The notes: generated by a model not told the origin, from the sequence alone. 63,621 nt of DNA, filler included, from Lenisia limosa (GCA_001655205.1; 10 parts of 10 records of this genome joined end to end with filler, not necessarily neighbours in it); one strand, 5' to 3'. Numbered from the whole stretch's first letter, positions 23,801 to 37,769 are shown. A program made the numbers and translations.

Positions 23801-26800
23801 GTGAATATCGTTATTGTTTTATTGTTTTTAATACAATATTGATTTGTATTTCATTAATAACAGTTCATGTGTAATTTAAAGACCCGTATTTTATTCATCA
23901 TTCTTACTGTCCCAGCCCTACCCCTGCTATTTTGGTCCGAGACGCTGATTCATTGTACCTGCTCACCGTCAGTTTCAAGACCAAAACAATTGTTGTTGAA
24001 AGGCCTCCCCAGGTAGCTATGGATATAATTCAAATGGCACATAGCATGTTTCTAATTATATTGACTGTAATCTTCTTTCCTTTATTTCTTTACAGCATCA
24101 TGACAAAATGTACATACATATGTTTCCAATTGTCACCTCTTCATCGTTGTTTTAACTTATCATGGTTTTTATTGTTCTATTTGTAGATTACCGAAGGATG
24201 TCTCATGGAAGCCCCAGGAACCGTAAATGGAAGTTTGCCAGGGGTATATGCGACATACATTGACCGCTATGTTCTGACACGGATATTTAGCTTGACATTC
24301 AATCAATTATGTCAAAACGAATCGCAGGTTCTGTAGATTTCTATCTGGGCTCACACAATTTTGTTTTTTTTTGGTAATTATTAATCTCCATGAATGTTTC
24401 TCAACATTGCCTATGGAAAGCCATCCTAGAAAAACACAACAAAGGTACCTTAGAATATCACACCAAAAGTACTTCTGCCACTTCACCAGTACTTCTCACC
24501 ATATACTCACATCGACATTGTAAAATTGTTGATACTGAGATTGAAATGATGTTTCTGGTGAGTTTCCAGTCACATCTCATAATACAGGTCACGTGGCTCT
24601 CTTAGACGGTCCTACTTTGGTGTTCCATCGAGAATCGTGCACAGTTGAAGCTTTCACGTTGATTTCTTCTGGGTACGTGGTTTGTTGCTGGTTATTGGTA
24701 AGGCTTCACTTCGGTCCGAACACAGACTGAATTTCGCAAAATCTCCTCGATAGATGCCAGAATTCGGAACCTTTTATTTGTATTTAATATTATGTACATA
24801 TCATATATGATATACTATACAGTATTAGCTTTTTGCTGTATGTATGCACAAATAGTTTTAATCGATTTTCTATTTAATTAATCATTAATTTAGAACCTGG
24901 GACAAGTCGTCCCCGAAAATCCACGGGTCCCAAGAACCTGAATCCCTCCGAGTCCTTTTTTCAGGCCTGGTCCCCCCTGTGTTACGAACGGGACCCGGTT
25001 CTGGCTTCTCAACGATTCTCTGCGGCCCGGGTTCGATTGTAGTCGTTGGACAGGATGTCGTTTTGCCTCTGTATGCGTCTTGGGTGTTTTGAAAAAGAGT
25101 GAATTTCTTGTTAATTCTCGAAATTTTTTGATAGTCTACCGGTCTTTTACGGACCAAAGCGAAACTCATTTTTGCGGATTGTATCTGCTTTGATTCCCAT
25201 TTCTACTCAATGTGTCTGGTATTGTTTTCAAAACCCCACTTGCTCCCTTTAACAATCAAGAAACACGGAGGAGTCATTGGCCATGACTCCTACATTAGAG
25301 GGCTGGGTGTTCGCAGATTGTCGTGGGGTTTCATTCGAATTCGGCAATGATGTTGGTGGTTATGATGCTTAGGATATTTAAAATCTTAGTAATTCAAAAA
25401 ATCAGATTTAAGACAAAAAATAGTCTTTTAAAACTGAATGGAAGTTATTATTTTAACAAATTGTTATTTACATGTCTAAACATACGTACAATATAGTTGT
25501 ACACATCATTTGTATCTTAAATGATGGTCATATTTCACACCTTAGCGTCTGCGCTTCAATTTCGCAAACAAACTGATTGCTTCAAATGTGTAAGTCGGGG
25601 GGGGGGGGGTAAAACTGAAGCAATTCTTAATTGCCAACATATTACATAATAACTGAGAATTTTAATGTTCCAACAACTGTACAGAATCAGGGGAATCCAA
25701 AAAACACAATCTGTTGAGATCAAAGGGATCTTTGCGATCGTTAAAGTCTTCAAAATTATTGACTTTCTAAAATAGTTGGCCAGATACATTCGAAATCTGC
25801 ATTTCTCTCTTTTTTTGTATTTCGTTTTAAACCTCACTACCCTCAGCCAGTTTATATCTTCACGAGAGGGGCCTGTGGCTGTTTGCCAAACCGAAAACAA
25901 AGCAGTGATTTTGTCCCTACCTGGCTTAAAGCCTCTTGGAGGTTTGATCAATTCAACTATCCTTTGCGTTTTCGTTTTTTTCTTTTTTCAGTTATTTTCT
26001 AGAGCTTTCTGGATGTGAAATCCTGCCGTTCCCTCCTGGTATGATTCTTGAGAAATACCGCATATTTTCGTATCGAAAGAATTCACGTTTTGATAGTATT
26101 GGGATGGATTGCTGTGTCTATAGAGTTGTAAGGTAAATGATTGGGTGAATTAATGTTATACAATATTCCAATAGATCTTAGCGTGATGGTGTGGATGGCT
26201 TCGGCCAGATACTACATTTTTATTTATTTCTCATCTCTACTTATCCTTTTATCCATTCTGTATAGGTCGTGCTCTTTTAGTCGCTTCCAATTTTCCACGC
26301 GACTCTTCCATTTGGCCAAATGTCAAAGTACTTCNNNNNNNNNNNNNNNNNNNNNNNNNNNNNNNNNNNNNNNNNNNNNNNNNNNNNNNNNNNNNNNNTT
26401 GGTTTGGAGGTGGCGGATTGCTGAAGTAGTTGGGGGAATAGAAAATTACCTTGGGTAATGCGAATAATGGCAGATCGAAAAAAGCATCATATGGTTTGTA
26501 GAATAGTATTCGATAGTATACATGTTGTATTTAACTTCATATTTTTTTTTTCACAAAAGTTGACCTTCTAGAAACTGTCTAACGAAGGGGATACTCTTTC
26601 AACAGAGGTTAGTAGGCTACACGAAAGATTTATCGTTGGAATTTCTGAACGGCCTTTTCTGCCTATTGTCAGGAGCAGAGTGTAATTTTATTATTGGCAT
26701 CCTGTCATTTTTCATCTATTGATTCATTTTTTTTCTTGGCTACAAAAACTATTTACAGTTCTCCTCTCTTAAACTAAAATTATTTCTGATGTTTGTAGCA

Positions 26801-29800
26801 ATGACTTTATTCATCTAGGAATTGGACACACTCTTTTCTTCGGCCCTCCAGGGTGCCCTTCGTTGCCATCAGGCGGATATAGAGAAGGAGAAGCGAACGG
26901 TTTGCGTGGTGACCCCTACGGTCCCTAAAATGACCACATTTCTCATCTCCGATAAATGTCGATATTTTATGAAAGCCCTAGTCGTGATGATCAATTGGAT
27001 TGTTGATACACGTTTTGACATTTTAGAATGATTTCTGTACGGATGTTGCAAACCTTGCTTTGGACACAATGGAATCTACAGCGTAAGTTGGCCAGCGTTC
27101 CCCAATTTTGATTGAAATATTGATTTTTTCTTTGCGCCCCAAATAAATATAGATGTAAAATATTGCCTTATTTATATATTTCTGTCAATAATATACCTTT
27201 ATCCGTNNNNNNNNNNNNNNNNNNNNNNNNNNNNNNNNNNNNNNNNNNNNNNNNNNNNNNNNNNNNNNNNNNNNNNNNNNNNNNNNNNNNNNNNNNNNNN
27301 NNNNNNNNNNNNNNNNNNNNNNNNNNNNNNNNNNNNNNNNNNNNNNNNNNNNNNNNNNNNNNNNNNNNNNNNNNNNNNNNNNNNNNNNNNNNNNNNNNNN
27401 NNNNNNNNNNNNNNNNNNNNNNNNNNNNNNNNNNNNNNNNNNNNNNNNNNNNNNNNNNNNNNAACATGGGCTGATTCGGGTCATAGGGGAGGCACGTGAT
27501 CATGTCGGAAGCGAATCGTTCCGACAGCCGACGGTACGTATCCAGGCGATCTTCAATAGTTCATCCGGTACTGTCATAGAGGTTAGCTGGAGTGGATGGA
27601 TTTGTGTTATTTGGGGATGTTGTGAGGTGATGGTTGCCTGGGATATGATACAGGGGTTTTGATGAAAGGTGCTGGGGTATTTGCTGCGGTTTGTGAAGAG
27701 GACCATGCTCAGTTGAAGGGTTTTAGCAGTTTCAATTTGAAGAGAACAGGATATACTGTTCAAACATTTCAGCCAGCATATTAAAGTCCTTGAAAACGTA
27801 TCACTACTTTCCAATTCATGACAAAAATGCATCATTTTACGAAAGTACAAGTATGTACGAGTATTTTTTTTTCTTTGAGAAAACAGTTTTATCTGAACCG
27901 TGGATTAAAATATGAGGAGACGAGAATTTTCCTTCTCAATCCCAAAAACATTCGAACAGTGTTGGTCCCTATTTACCTCTCAGGTTGTAGTCAGCAACAA
28001 TAATGCATTTCCGATCTGTGTAGAAGTTCTCTCTGCCTCCTCCCCGGAGGGTAGTGTTGCGTGTTCGTTCAATTCAGTGACAGTTAAGGTATTGGGGGGG
28101 GGGGGGTNNNNNNNNNNNNNNNNNNNNNNNNNNNNNNNNNNNNNNNNNNNNNNNNNNNNNNNNNNNNNNNNNNNNNNNNNNNNNNNNNNNNTTTTTTTTT
28201 ATTATTATTGTATTATACATGAATGGAACAGATACAATAATTGATTTGATGAATATGTGGTCTATGGCTTTGTGTTGTTGTTATCAACCCTCGTGTGGTT
28301 AGCCGTTGATTCGGGCTTTTTTTTTTTTGTTTAATTTTCCAATTTTACTCCACTCCCGCAGCCCAATACGACATCATTAGTCTCCGCCACTTTCGCTTCC
28401 CCTCCCCCACACAACATCTCAGTAATGCTGGAACTCAAGACTCCGTATTCAAAGGTACGCAAGAAGTGGCGGAGGGTTGCGGGATAAAGGTGAGAAGAAA
28501 ATGCAACAACGAACAGTTATCTGAAACTCCAAATTAAACAATCAACATGAAAAACAATACAAATATCAGATGACACAAACACACAGAAGAAGGGAGGCGA
28601 TATGTGATGACCATCTTCTTTCGTGTCTACAATATATCACGAGGATCAATCTCACGTCTATCAGTTTCACTAGGAGTATTGTTGGAAATATATATATAAC
28701 AGACTATAATGAATCTGACGTTCTAGATGACAGTGAAGGCCTCATGACATCACAATATACATTCAAAAGAAACGTGCAGAAATGTTACCATATCGCCAGA
28801 GGGCGGTTTACTCTAATACTTGGACCATTGGTTTCTGTAGAATTAGGATGTAAATGTTTGAATTTCGATGAATATGTCATGTCTTCCTTTCGTTCCAAAA
28901 AAATCCATTTCTCAAGAAATATTGAGATTTATTCAGTCTTTTTCAGGACATAGCAAAGTCCTTATACATGTATTATTGAGATAGGAGGTGTTGAGATTCT
29001 GAAGGAATATAATTTTGATGGCATATGATATGATTTATCAACAGCCAATTTATTTCAAAATTTGATAATATTATGTATGCTAGTATATGATATGTGTATC
29101 TAAAGTAATCTTCCCCGGAATCAAACCTTTTTATCACCTGGAAGTGCCAATGACTCTAATTTTGGCTCGTCCTCTTTCACCTCTTCTTTAGTTTCAACCT
29201 ACGCAATTCAAAAGAAAACTTTCAACGTTGTAACAGAGGGCAAATTACAATGAGAATGTGATATTACGAAAAAAGCATGCCTGATGTTAGAAAAAAAGCT
29301 GACCTATTCAACCATATAAATCATATTTCAATTTGTCGTTATTTCATGAAGAGCCCTGGGGTATAATTTGACTATAAGCCCCCTCATCCTCCCCCATTCC
29401 AATAAGCACGGACTAAATCTCCCCATTCCAATGAAGCATCTATGTATATGACTAAATCCTCCCATCCCTGCTAATAGATCACTAATGTGATACACCTTCC
29501 CCCTAACGTCAACTGTTGGGATATCGGCTCTTTCTTTGACTCCAGACCCATCACACACGCCAAGCCCGACTTCCTGAAATGGTAACTACTTCCAATTTCA
29601 TATACTATTTATGGAAGGATATTTCGGATATTGCTGTGGTAACTTCATAAGGATAGTAATATATAACAATGAGAAATAAAAAAAATAAAGTTGTATCTGA
29701 CCGAAACCTTCCACACCATTACGTTTATAAGAGATATTGGATTATAGTATAATATTATTCACGCAATCATTGCCTTACAACTCTGTGCACACAACTTTCT

Positions 29801-30901
29801 GCGTAATTTATTATTGAAAGGGCTATTCATGATTCCCTTGATTGTATTTAAAATAATCTATCTGCTTGCTCTCAACCCCNNNNNNNNNNNNNNNNNNNNN
29901 NNNNNNNNNNNNNNNNNNNNNNNNNNNNNNNNNNNNNNNNNNNNNNNNNNNNNNNNNNNNNNNNNNNNNNNNNNNNNNNNNNNNNNNNNNNNNNNNNNNN
30001 NNNNNNNNNNAGCGCCTTGTTGGCCGCCGCCATTTCAGGTAGGAAGTTCGAGAGCCTTGCAAGCACTACCTCGGTAAAATACAACATCCAGCATCAACAA
30101 TCTGCTTCACTTCGGACACAACATAGATAAATCCTCGATAACTATCTACTTTTTGCTGTGAATAAATTAATATCCGTATTATTGCGGGTGAGTATTGTTG
30201 GAGATATATTCTCTCTGTAGTGTAAGCGATAAAATTTGTAAGAAAAAGAAAAGAACAACAAACAAACAAAGCTCAGGCCAGCTTCCCGGTGGCCAGCTTC
30301 CCGGTTGATCCAAACAAAACTCGTATTGGTATAATCAGAATAGAAACAAGAAATGAAAACGGGTTTATCAGCCAGAAGCTGTCCATACCATCATGCTAAT
30401 CAGAGCTATGACCAAGAAGCCTCATCTCTACATATGAACCCGAAATATAATTTATATTAAGATTCATTTGGCTAGAGAAGTAATCTAACAAGAGGTTGTC
30501 AAAACGTTTTGAATAAACAACATATATGGGGTTTGAATAAATTAATAACAAATAATTTCTAAATACCTTCATGGTTCTATTGGCAAAGGAAAAATGCCAC
30601 TCAACTTACTTGTCGAGATGAGAAATAAACATACGTTCCTCCCTTCAACCCAGATATACAGAGAGGAGAATAGAGTTTTACTCCACCATAATAGAAAAAT
30701 AATAAAAACAAAGTATTTCTTTAACTAATCCCTGGACACGCAGCAAATGATCACTTCCCACATGGTGAAGGGCTATTGACAGGAGGAAGTGGCATGGCCT
30801 CAGCGCTAGTTGTCTGTTCTGGTTCAGCTATACAGGTTATTATAATCATCTAGAAAATATAAACCTTTCTTAGCAGCTTTAGAGGACTTCCTACGAGCCA
30901 T
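20890..30901 (-). CDS. Large multi-exon protein with Q/P-rich C-terminus; tentative Spt20 (SAGA subunit)-like domain near 27470-28500
   Basis: Start MARRKSSKAAKK at 30901. Segments YPATLRHFLRTFEYGVLSSSITEML, NFYTDRKCIIVADYN and IEDRLDTYRRLSERFASDMITCLPYDP resemble successive Spt20 blocks. Q-rich ORF 21194-21556. Could be more than one gene. Confidence 0.4.
24699..24760. mobile_element. MITE family 1, left-end fragment. Other degenerate or partial copies at about 980-1035, 7524-7612, 12180-12236, 25101-25168, 26905-26980, 28878-28959, 30102-30150, 31040-31078, 58940-58982 and 60772-60856
   Basis: TAAGGCTTCACTTCGGTCCGAACACAGACTGAATTTCG. The other loci share a TIR remnant and/or the internal AAAGACTGAATTT..TCGATAAATC..TATCGATA modules. 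Confidence 0.75.
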
Positions 30902-31232
30902 TGTGAGTGTGATTTAGTGACTCTTCCGACGTATCGCTTTTATTTACTTAAAAAGAGTGACACAACTCTGTAATTTAACAAATAAGCCGCAAGAAGAAGG
31001 GAAAGGAAAAACCAGGAGAAAATGATGAGGACTAATACTTGGACCAGTGTTTGCTTTTGAGGACTGAAGTGAAACCTAGCGGTCTCTTCAGTTAGCCACT
31101 CCCTACATTTGACTTAATTTAAGAGCTGTTTAATTAGATGAGATGTAGTTGTTTGTCGGTGTCTTATATTTTATTTCTCTGTTTTTCTAGACAGCTGAAC
31201 ACCCCCACATCTCTACTACACATCTGAACACG

Positions 31233-33513
31233 ATGGAAGATAACCCAGAGTGCAGATTCTGCCAGGGGTAGGTTCATTAAGATGTTCCCTATTCTGTCTT
31301 CTTTCTACTGATTTTTCAGTTCTTATTGAACGAACGATTATCTTTTATGCTTGAGGAATTTTATTTAATCTAATTATTTATAAAATATGTGTTTCGGAAT
31401 TAAACACTAATTCGTTTCTGGCACAGTTTCATTGATCTGACAACCATAAGATATGAGAAATACAGCAGTTTATACAACTCTTATTCTATGTTTTGTTTTT
31501 ATTATTATTATTATTATTTTATTATTTTTTTTTATTAAGTTCTCTTCATTATATTGACCAAAATGCACTATATACTTGTACAAAACAAAAAAAAATGAAT
31601 CGCTTTATTAAAACTAGGTTTTGTTTTTGTGTTGTTTTCCCCCTCACCACCTAGGCCAGGAACTGAGGATGAGCCTCTCCAATATCCTTGCAAATGTGCC
31701 GGTACTATGAGGTCAGCAGGGGGACGGAGATGGGTTGATTGAAATGTATATGATATATATATCGATATAATTGATATTAACTATATCAATATGCCTTTTC
31801 AATATATCATGTTATTTTTTTTTTTTTTTTTTTTNNNNNNNNNNNNNNNNNNNNNNNNNNNNNNNNNNNNNNNNNNNNNNNNNNNNNNNNNNNNNNNNNN
31901 NNNNNNNNNNNNNNNNNNNNNTGCCTGAAGAACTGGGTGGATCACACCAAAAAGGAGTCATGTGATATTTGCAAACACGTTTATATCTTCAAAGAAGGTT
32001 GCCATGGGTCAAATGGCATAGCACGTAATCTTATCATAATTAGCAAGCACTCCTTTACAAGTTCCAAAGACGTCTTTAAAATTGTTTTTTTTTGACCAAG
32101 ATGATGTTTTAATCATAATTATTTGCGAAACAAGTCTCACTCTCACATTACATTTATTTCCCCATCATAGTATTTATTTCCCAATCACAACTAGGACTCT
32201 GTGTATTTATTTTTTTGGGGGGAAATTAATACAAAGTTTGACTAGAATGGAATTATTATTTATAATCCAGAATTTATTTCCCAATTACTTGGTCGCGATT
32301 ACAGTTATAACTGTATAGAGCCAACAGACGCTCCAAAATGGTTATCAACAGATGTGATTATGAAGCATCTTTCCATTCGCGTCAGAACGCTGCTCCAGAA
32401 GCTAACTACCGCAATGGTAAGTTATTTATAGAGAGTTAATCTGACCGAAGCTATTCACACCTTCACTTATAAGAGTTTAACTAACAACTGGATCTCGTGA
32501 TAATCTCCTGAGATTTACTGCGGTTATCTCTACCAAAAAGATAGCCTAGTATACAAGATCGGTAATGTTGATAGCGTTTGTATATTCCTCAAATAGTACA
32601 TTGAAGAAATTAACAAATATTCCATAGTGTGGACGGCATATCATATCTATACATATGTATCATATTTATTTTTACCCTTTAGATTGTTGTATCATTCGCC
32701 ATTTTCGCGTCGCTTATGACGGCCGTGTTTGTCCCTTTCACATGGTTCGTCCCAGACTTCATCATTGCTACTGGTGAATACGTGTATGTGTGGGAAAGGT
32801 CAAAACCATTTAAAAAATTGGTTTCAAGTACTATTCTTTCAAGAGACCAACAACAGAAATGACTAGTATGTTGATTTTCTTTTTATTGTCCACAACATGT
32901 GCTCAAATTGTAAGACAGTACAGCTACTATGTTGAATTGGAATATAATACATATGCGCTCCTCCCCTGAACGCTTTTTGTCCTCGGTGTTCATGAATCGC
33001 TTCTGAATAATATATTCCAGGGGAGGGCCGATTGTTCCGTTTCTGTTCGTGACTTTTTGCTGGACATCAGGCCCGTTTGTCATGTTCTTCATCCTTGTCA
33101 TCCTCAAAAACATCAATGTCAATCATCACACCCATGAGTCTTGGCCGGTGAGGGGAGTGCGGGATTAAATGAAAGCGTTGAATGTGTAATAATGAGGGCT
33201 TGCCTATGACCCAATAAGACTGGTAATGTCGATATTTAGAAATATTTTGGGATAGTAGGAAAGCCCTTTCAATATAATGAAGGCAGATTTCTATACTAAC
33301 CCGTCAGCACAAAATTCCACGAATCCACACATCTGTTGACTTGTCACGTGCCATTATGGAGCGAATGGATCACTGGTGGGAAATATTCTTATTTGTTTTT
33401 GTAATTGTGTGAGATGACTTATATTACAATGATACAGTATATTTACCCTTTTCTTGCCATTTCATTATCCCTCTTATAATGCAAATAGTGATGAACACAA
33501 AAAAATAATACTT
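31233..33513 (+). CDS. MARCHF6: RING-CH (RINGv) membrane E3 ubiquitin ligase, MARCH6/Doa10-like; 3' truncated
   Basis: MEDNPECRFCQG|PGTEDEPLQYPCKCAGTMR...CLKNWVDHTKKESCDICKHVYIFKE...PTDAPKWLSTDVIMKHL, followed by hydrophobic TM-like exons. Matches the Doa10/MARCH6 N-terminus. Confidence 0.85.
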
Positions 33514-33679
33514 NNNNNNNNNNNNNNNNNNNNNNNNNNNNNNNNNNNNNNNNNNNNTTAATTAATTAANNNNNNNNNNNNNNNNNNNNNNNNNNNNNNN
33601 NNNNNNNNNNNNNATATATTATGATATTATATTGATTTTATGATACACTGAATAATATCTCCTCTAGTTATCCCATTAG

Positions 33680-35510
33680 ATTCTCCGATGGAAGGGAGAG
33701 GAAAGTGAGGCAAAAGGAACTGTTTAGTCTGGTTCACACAATCTGTGAGGCCCACGGCTTTACCCTATTGGGAACAGCAGGGGATGGGTAAGGGGGTACG
33801 GGTGAATTTCAAAGCTGTTCTTATTTATTGTTTAGAGATTCGGGGATTCTTGGGGACCAAGTTGCGGCACTTGAAAAGGTTAAGGATATTGAAGATAAGA
33901 AGAATATTCCAATGACGAGGTTTATCCAATATTGGCCAAAAACCAAGGGTGCCCTCCCAGAGCGGATGAATTTTCAAGTTGGAAATTGTCTGTTTCCATT
34001 CACATTTCATTTAGGACCCATACCACATCCTCTTGAAGGCATTTAATCGACTGATTCGGAGCCCCGAAAACAAAGAACAAACTTGTGTGATGGTTAGTGG
34101 TGATCGTCTAGTATACATTATACATCAGTGTGATTCTTCGATTCATACTAATTATCAAGGTTGGATCCACAAGAGTGGATTACACCACCTTTGAAGCAAT
34201 TTTGGGGCTGGAAGGCTGTAGACTCACCCAAGCCAACCTCCACAACTCATCCAACCAGTATGTTGTGTGTCTTATAACCATTATTCCATTTTCAGAGACT
34301 ACTCTGCAATGCGAAATATGCTGGATTTGTCCACTGTTCAACTTCTACAATCAGTCGACACACCGGAATGTCAGGTAAATTTCTAACTTAGTAACTTAGT
34401 TAATGTACTAATAACCAAGGCTGCCGCCCTTCTCATTGAAGCGTTACGTCTTTTCGGCGCGGGTATGATCGGACTAAACCCCGATGGGTGCAATCTCACT
34501 CCTTGTCACTATACCTCCAAGGAAGAACCAACCTGGGCTGAACGGCTGAGGTATGAAAATAACGACAATTGTATCACTAGTAACTATCATAGCTTCGTAT
34601 GGACTGCCACTATGATATTCCGCTCCTTAGAAAGAAAGCACGTGAATTGGATCAAGTCCGCAGATGGCCTCAAGGAAGCCGCAAGACATAAGGTCAAATA
34701 CCCCTCCGGCAACGGCTTTACCCATACATTCCTCACGCCGTCATTCCTCCAGGTTGGATTCTGAACTTTTGTCTTCTCCTCAGTCTCTTTTTTATTTCTT
34801 TATTAGAGCATCGAAGTCAACGCCGCCAACTACACCGCCTTTCTTGTGTACATGGCAAAGAGCTACCCTGACACTCCTGTACACCTACACAGAATAGGGT
34901 CGCAAGTCTGCTTCTTTTTTTTCTTCTTTTTGAGACACAGAGTTTAAGTTTTTTTTATTATTATCTTCCAGGTACTCGAAGAACTTCATCGGCTTCTGAG
35001 AAGCATTTGTCCCTCTTATTCATCCTGGCTTACGGAGCTGACACCCACCAACTCGGGCTCAGCCTTAAAACAGGTTGTAGTTCTTTCTGCAGTGAATGCC
35101 AACGTATGTATCTTTGGCTTACTTTTTTTTTATTAGTGATTCTCTTTCTCTGCTATTCATATATGTAATAACACTCTATTTTAGGGAGATTTCAAAGATC
35201 CAAGGAAGCGGAACAGAGGAGAAGCTGATACCACTGTGGCTACCCCCATTCAAGAGATGGATGCTGAAACTTGTAGAGTTGCTGTTCAGGCTGCTTTTCC
35301 AATTGCGAGGACCCTTCTAAAAAACGGAGGCGCTGATATCTCTGAGTAGGATTGTGTTTTATTACTTCCACATACACATTCATCTTCTCCAAAGCAGTCA
35401 TTTGATTTTTCCTAGAACCCCCCGCCAAGCTGACCACCCTTATTGCCTCCCAACTGCTGTTATTGAAGAAAAACAGGTATCAAAAGGGCAACTCCTTGAT
35501 GTTGCAAAGG
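33680..35510 (+). mobile_element. Intron-rich DDE transposase gene, P-element/THAP9-like; both ends truncated by contig limits
   Basis: About 11 exons splice in frame with canonical GT-AG to give GTAGDGDSG (catalytic-D block), NFQDPYHILLKAFNRL (DxxH motif), SNQDYSAMRNML, RLSFVWTATMIFRSL, FLTPSFLQSIEVNA, IGSQVLEELHRLLRS (catalytic E at 34978-34980) and FKDPRKR. Confidence 0.75.
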
Positions 35511-36489
35511 GTGATTTTGTTCATATTTGAGCAATTTAGCTACAATAAGTAACTCGCAAGTACATTGCTTTGTTATACAGTATTTCTTAATTTTNNNNNN
35601 NNNNNNNNNNNNNNNNNNNNNNNNNNNNNNNNNNNNNNTTAATTAATTAANNNNNNNNNNNNNNNNNNNNNNNNNNNNNNNNNNNNNNNNNNNNTTCACA
35701 GCGTACCCGTCATACTCGTAAAATGCATTTTGATATTATAACATAATGTTACTATCATATTTCTTTGTAAAATTGGTCTCAAATTTGTTTTTACCATTTG
35801 AAACCTTAATGGTGTAATTAATTGGGTCATACTCGAAAAACAAATGTCTATCGGATTTCACTAATTTTAGTTCGAATATTTTGATTATACCTTCCTTATA
35901 TTCTTATTAGTCTTTAGAGAACAACCAGCTTGGGCTCTTGATGGAGAAAAAGGACTCACACTCACCCCTGTACCTATGCATTGCCTGTGAAGAACTGCGC
36001 CTTTTTGGTGTGGAGGTGTTTTGTATTATTATTATCATTATTTATATATTTATTGGTGATATTTTGGGCTTTTTTGCTTTGTTTTGGAGTGTGTGTTTTG
36101 ATTCTTTTTTTATATATTATTATGTTGCCAGCTTTTTTGTGGGGGGTGGGATTCTTGTATGTGCTTCTATTTTATAGCAATATGTACATATGTGTTTTTT
36201 TTTTTCTATATCAGGCAACATACCAAAAAAACAATCACCAAACTTCTAAGACAAAGAACCTCTAAAACCCAATAGTTATTTCCAGTTTTTTGACTGTGGT
36301 TTAGTTTTTATGAGAGCTGAGATATATATTTAGTAAAATCTAGTTAAACAAATGTATGAAGCATATTTTTCTGGTCAATTCGTTTGAGGGTTGAGGATTG
36401 CCAATACAAAGAAATCTTCTCAATGGATACACTTCTGGTATCGCCCGAGTTGTAGTGAACGGTTTGATTGGGTCGGGGAAGACCGCTAG

Positions 36490-37720
36490 AAAACCTTGAG
36501 CTTTTCCCTCAACTCGTTTCCGATGGTCACTCTAATATGTTAACCATACTCGCAGCAAAACCCATTATTTCCACTTACTCCTTATCACCAATCATGAACG
36601 ACGCTCTGTCCAGCCCGACCCCGATTATGAGGGACCTTGTTGCGGCGCTCTCAATGGGAGCTGTTGGCGACTTGTGATTGGAATCGATGTACGCCCACCT
36701 AGCCTCCCCCTGTTTTCGCTCGGAGTTTTCCGTGTAGGTCTTCTCCGGGGGGCCGATCAACTGAACTGTTTTGGCCATTGAACTCATAAAGGTCCACTTC
36801 GGTTTTAGTGGGGGATCAGTCTTCCGTCTGTTTTGTGACAGGTGCTGATGGATTTGGCACGTATTGCGGCGAAGAAGCTCGGTCAAATGAGAATGCCAAA
36901 TGACTTATCCCGCACGGAAGACACCTAAGATCTCCGTCCCTTTCAAGCAGGAAGCCAACTACGTGCGCGCGCAGGTTTTATCCCATCTAAAAAAAATTAC
37001 TATCATCAAAATATCGTAAAAAGGAAGTCGTAACAAGGATGCCTTGGTCTCGAATTGGTCGAGTTTTTCTCAAAATGGCGCTTAAGAATGGTAGATATGG
37101 TTCCTCCTGTCGTAGACAGAGGTAAGCTCTTGGGTACCAACAAACAAATGGCGTTAGTACCTCATACAGCGATTTCTCGGTAATTTATGGTATTCCATTT
37201 CAACATTCATTGTACAATAGAGCACTTTAACTCACACACACATATAATAATAACAACCAATAAGAGGCGTTACTCTTTGCCCCAAGGCTTTGAGAATCTG
37301 AACAAGTTCTGAGGTAAATAAGAACATTATCAAAGAATAATACAAAGCAACATGCGCCTCTCAACTTATATACATACTATACTTTAAAAAAATGAAGCTA
37401 TTTAATAGTTACACTTCATTTTTCAAGCCCTCAACTAACGCCTGCTGAATCTGATTACAAACATAGGTGAAATACTCCAGTCAGAAATCAGTGAGCTTGA
37501 ACACAGCAGTATTGAAGAAAATTCTTCCAAAATCGCAATTCCAAGAGCTGAAATTAACTGATGGTACTTAGTTCGCCTCAAAAACAGCTTTCGCTTGTTG
37601 CCATTCAAATAATACTATTGTTTGATTTTTATTGTTATGTCAATTGCATCTTTCATTTGCTTCTCCTCATCTTTCAAACTTAATTCTGAGCCTTTTTTTA
37701 ATATAAATTTTGTTCACCTT
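36490..37720 (-). CDS. Unidentified multi-exon gene
   Basis: ORF 36575-36886 plus spliced terminal exon (...FMIGDKEVTIGNELREKLKVF*) and upstream exon-like pieces. No family recognised. Confidence 0.4.
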
Positions 37721-37769
37721 TACCCTTCTCTCTCACACTACTTCACTTGAACCGATTGATGAGATACTT

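Noticed and set aside
27163-27503. ORFs consisting mainly of X (also 59018-59383, 62381-62765 and others)
   Set aside because: They are open only because they run through N gaps.
29328-29430. LIVKLYP as an additional Spt20 motif
   Set aside because: It lies in a G-rich stretch that looks intronic, so it was not counted as evidence.
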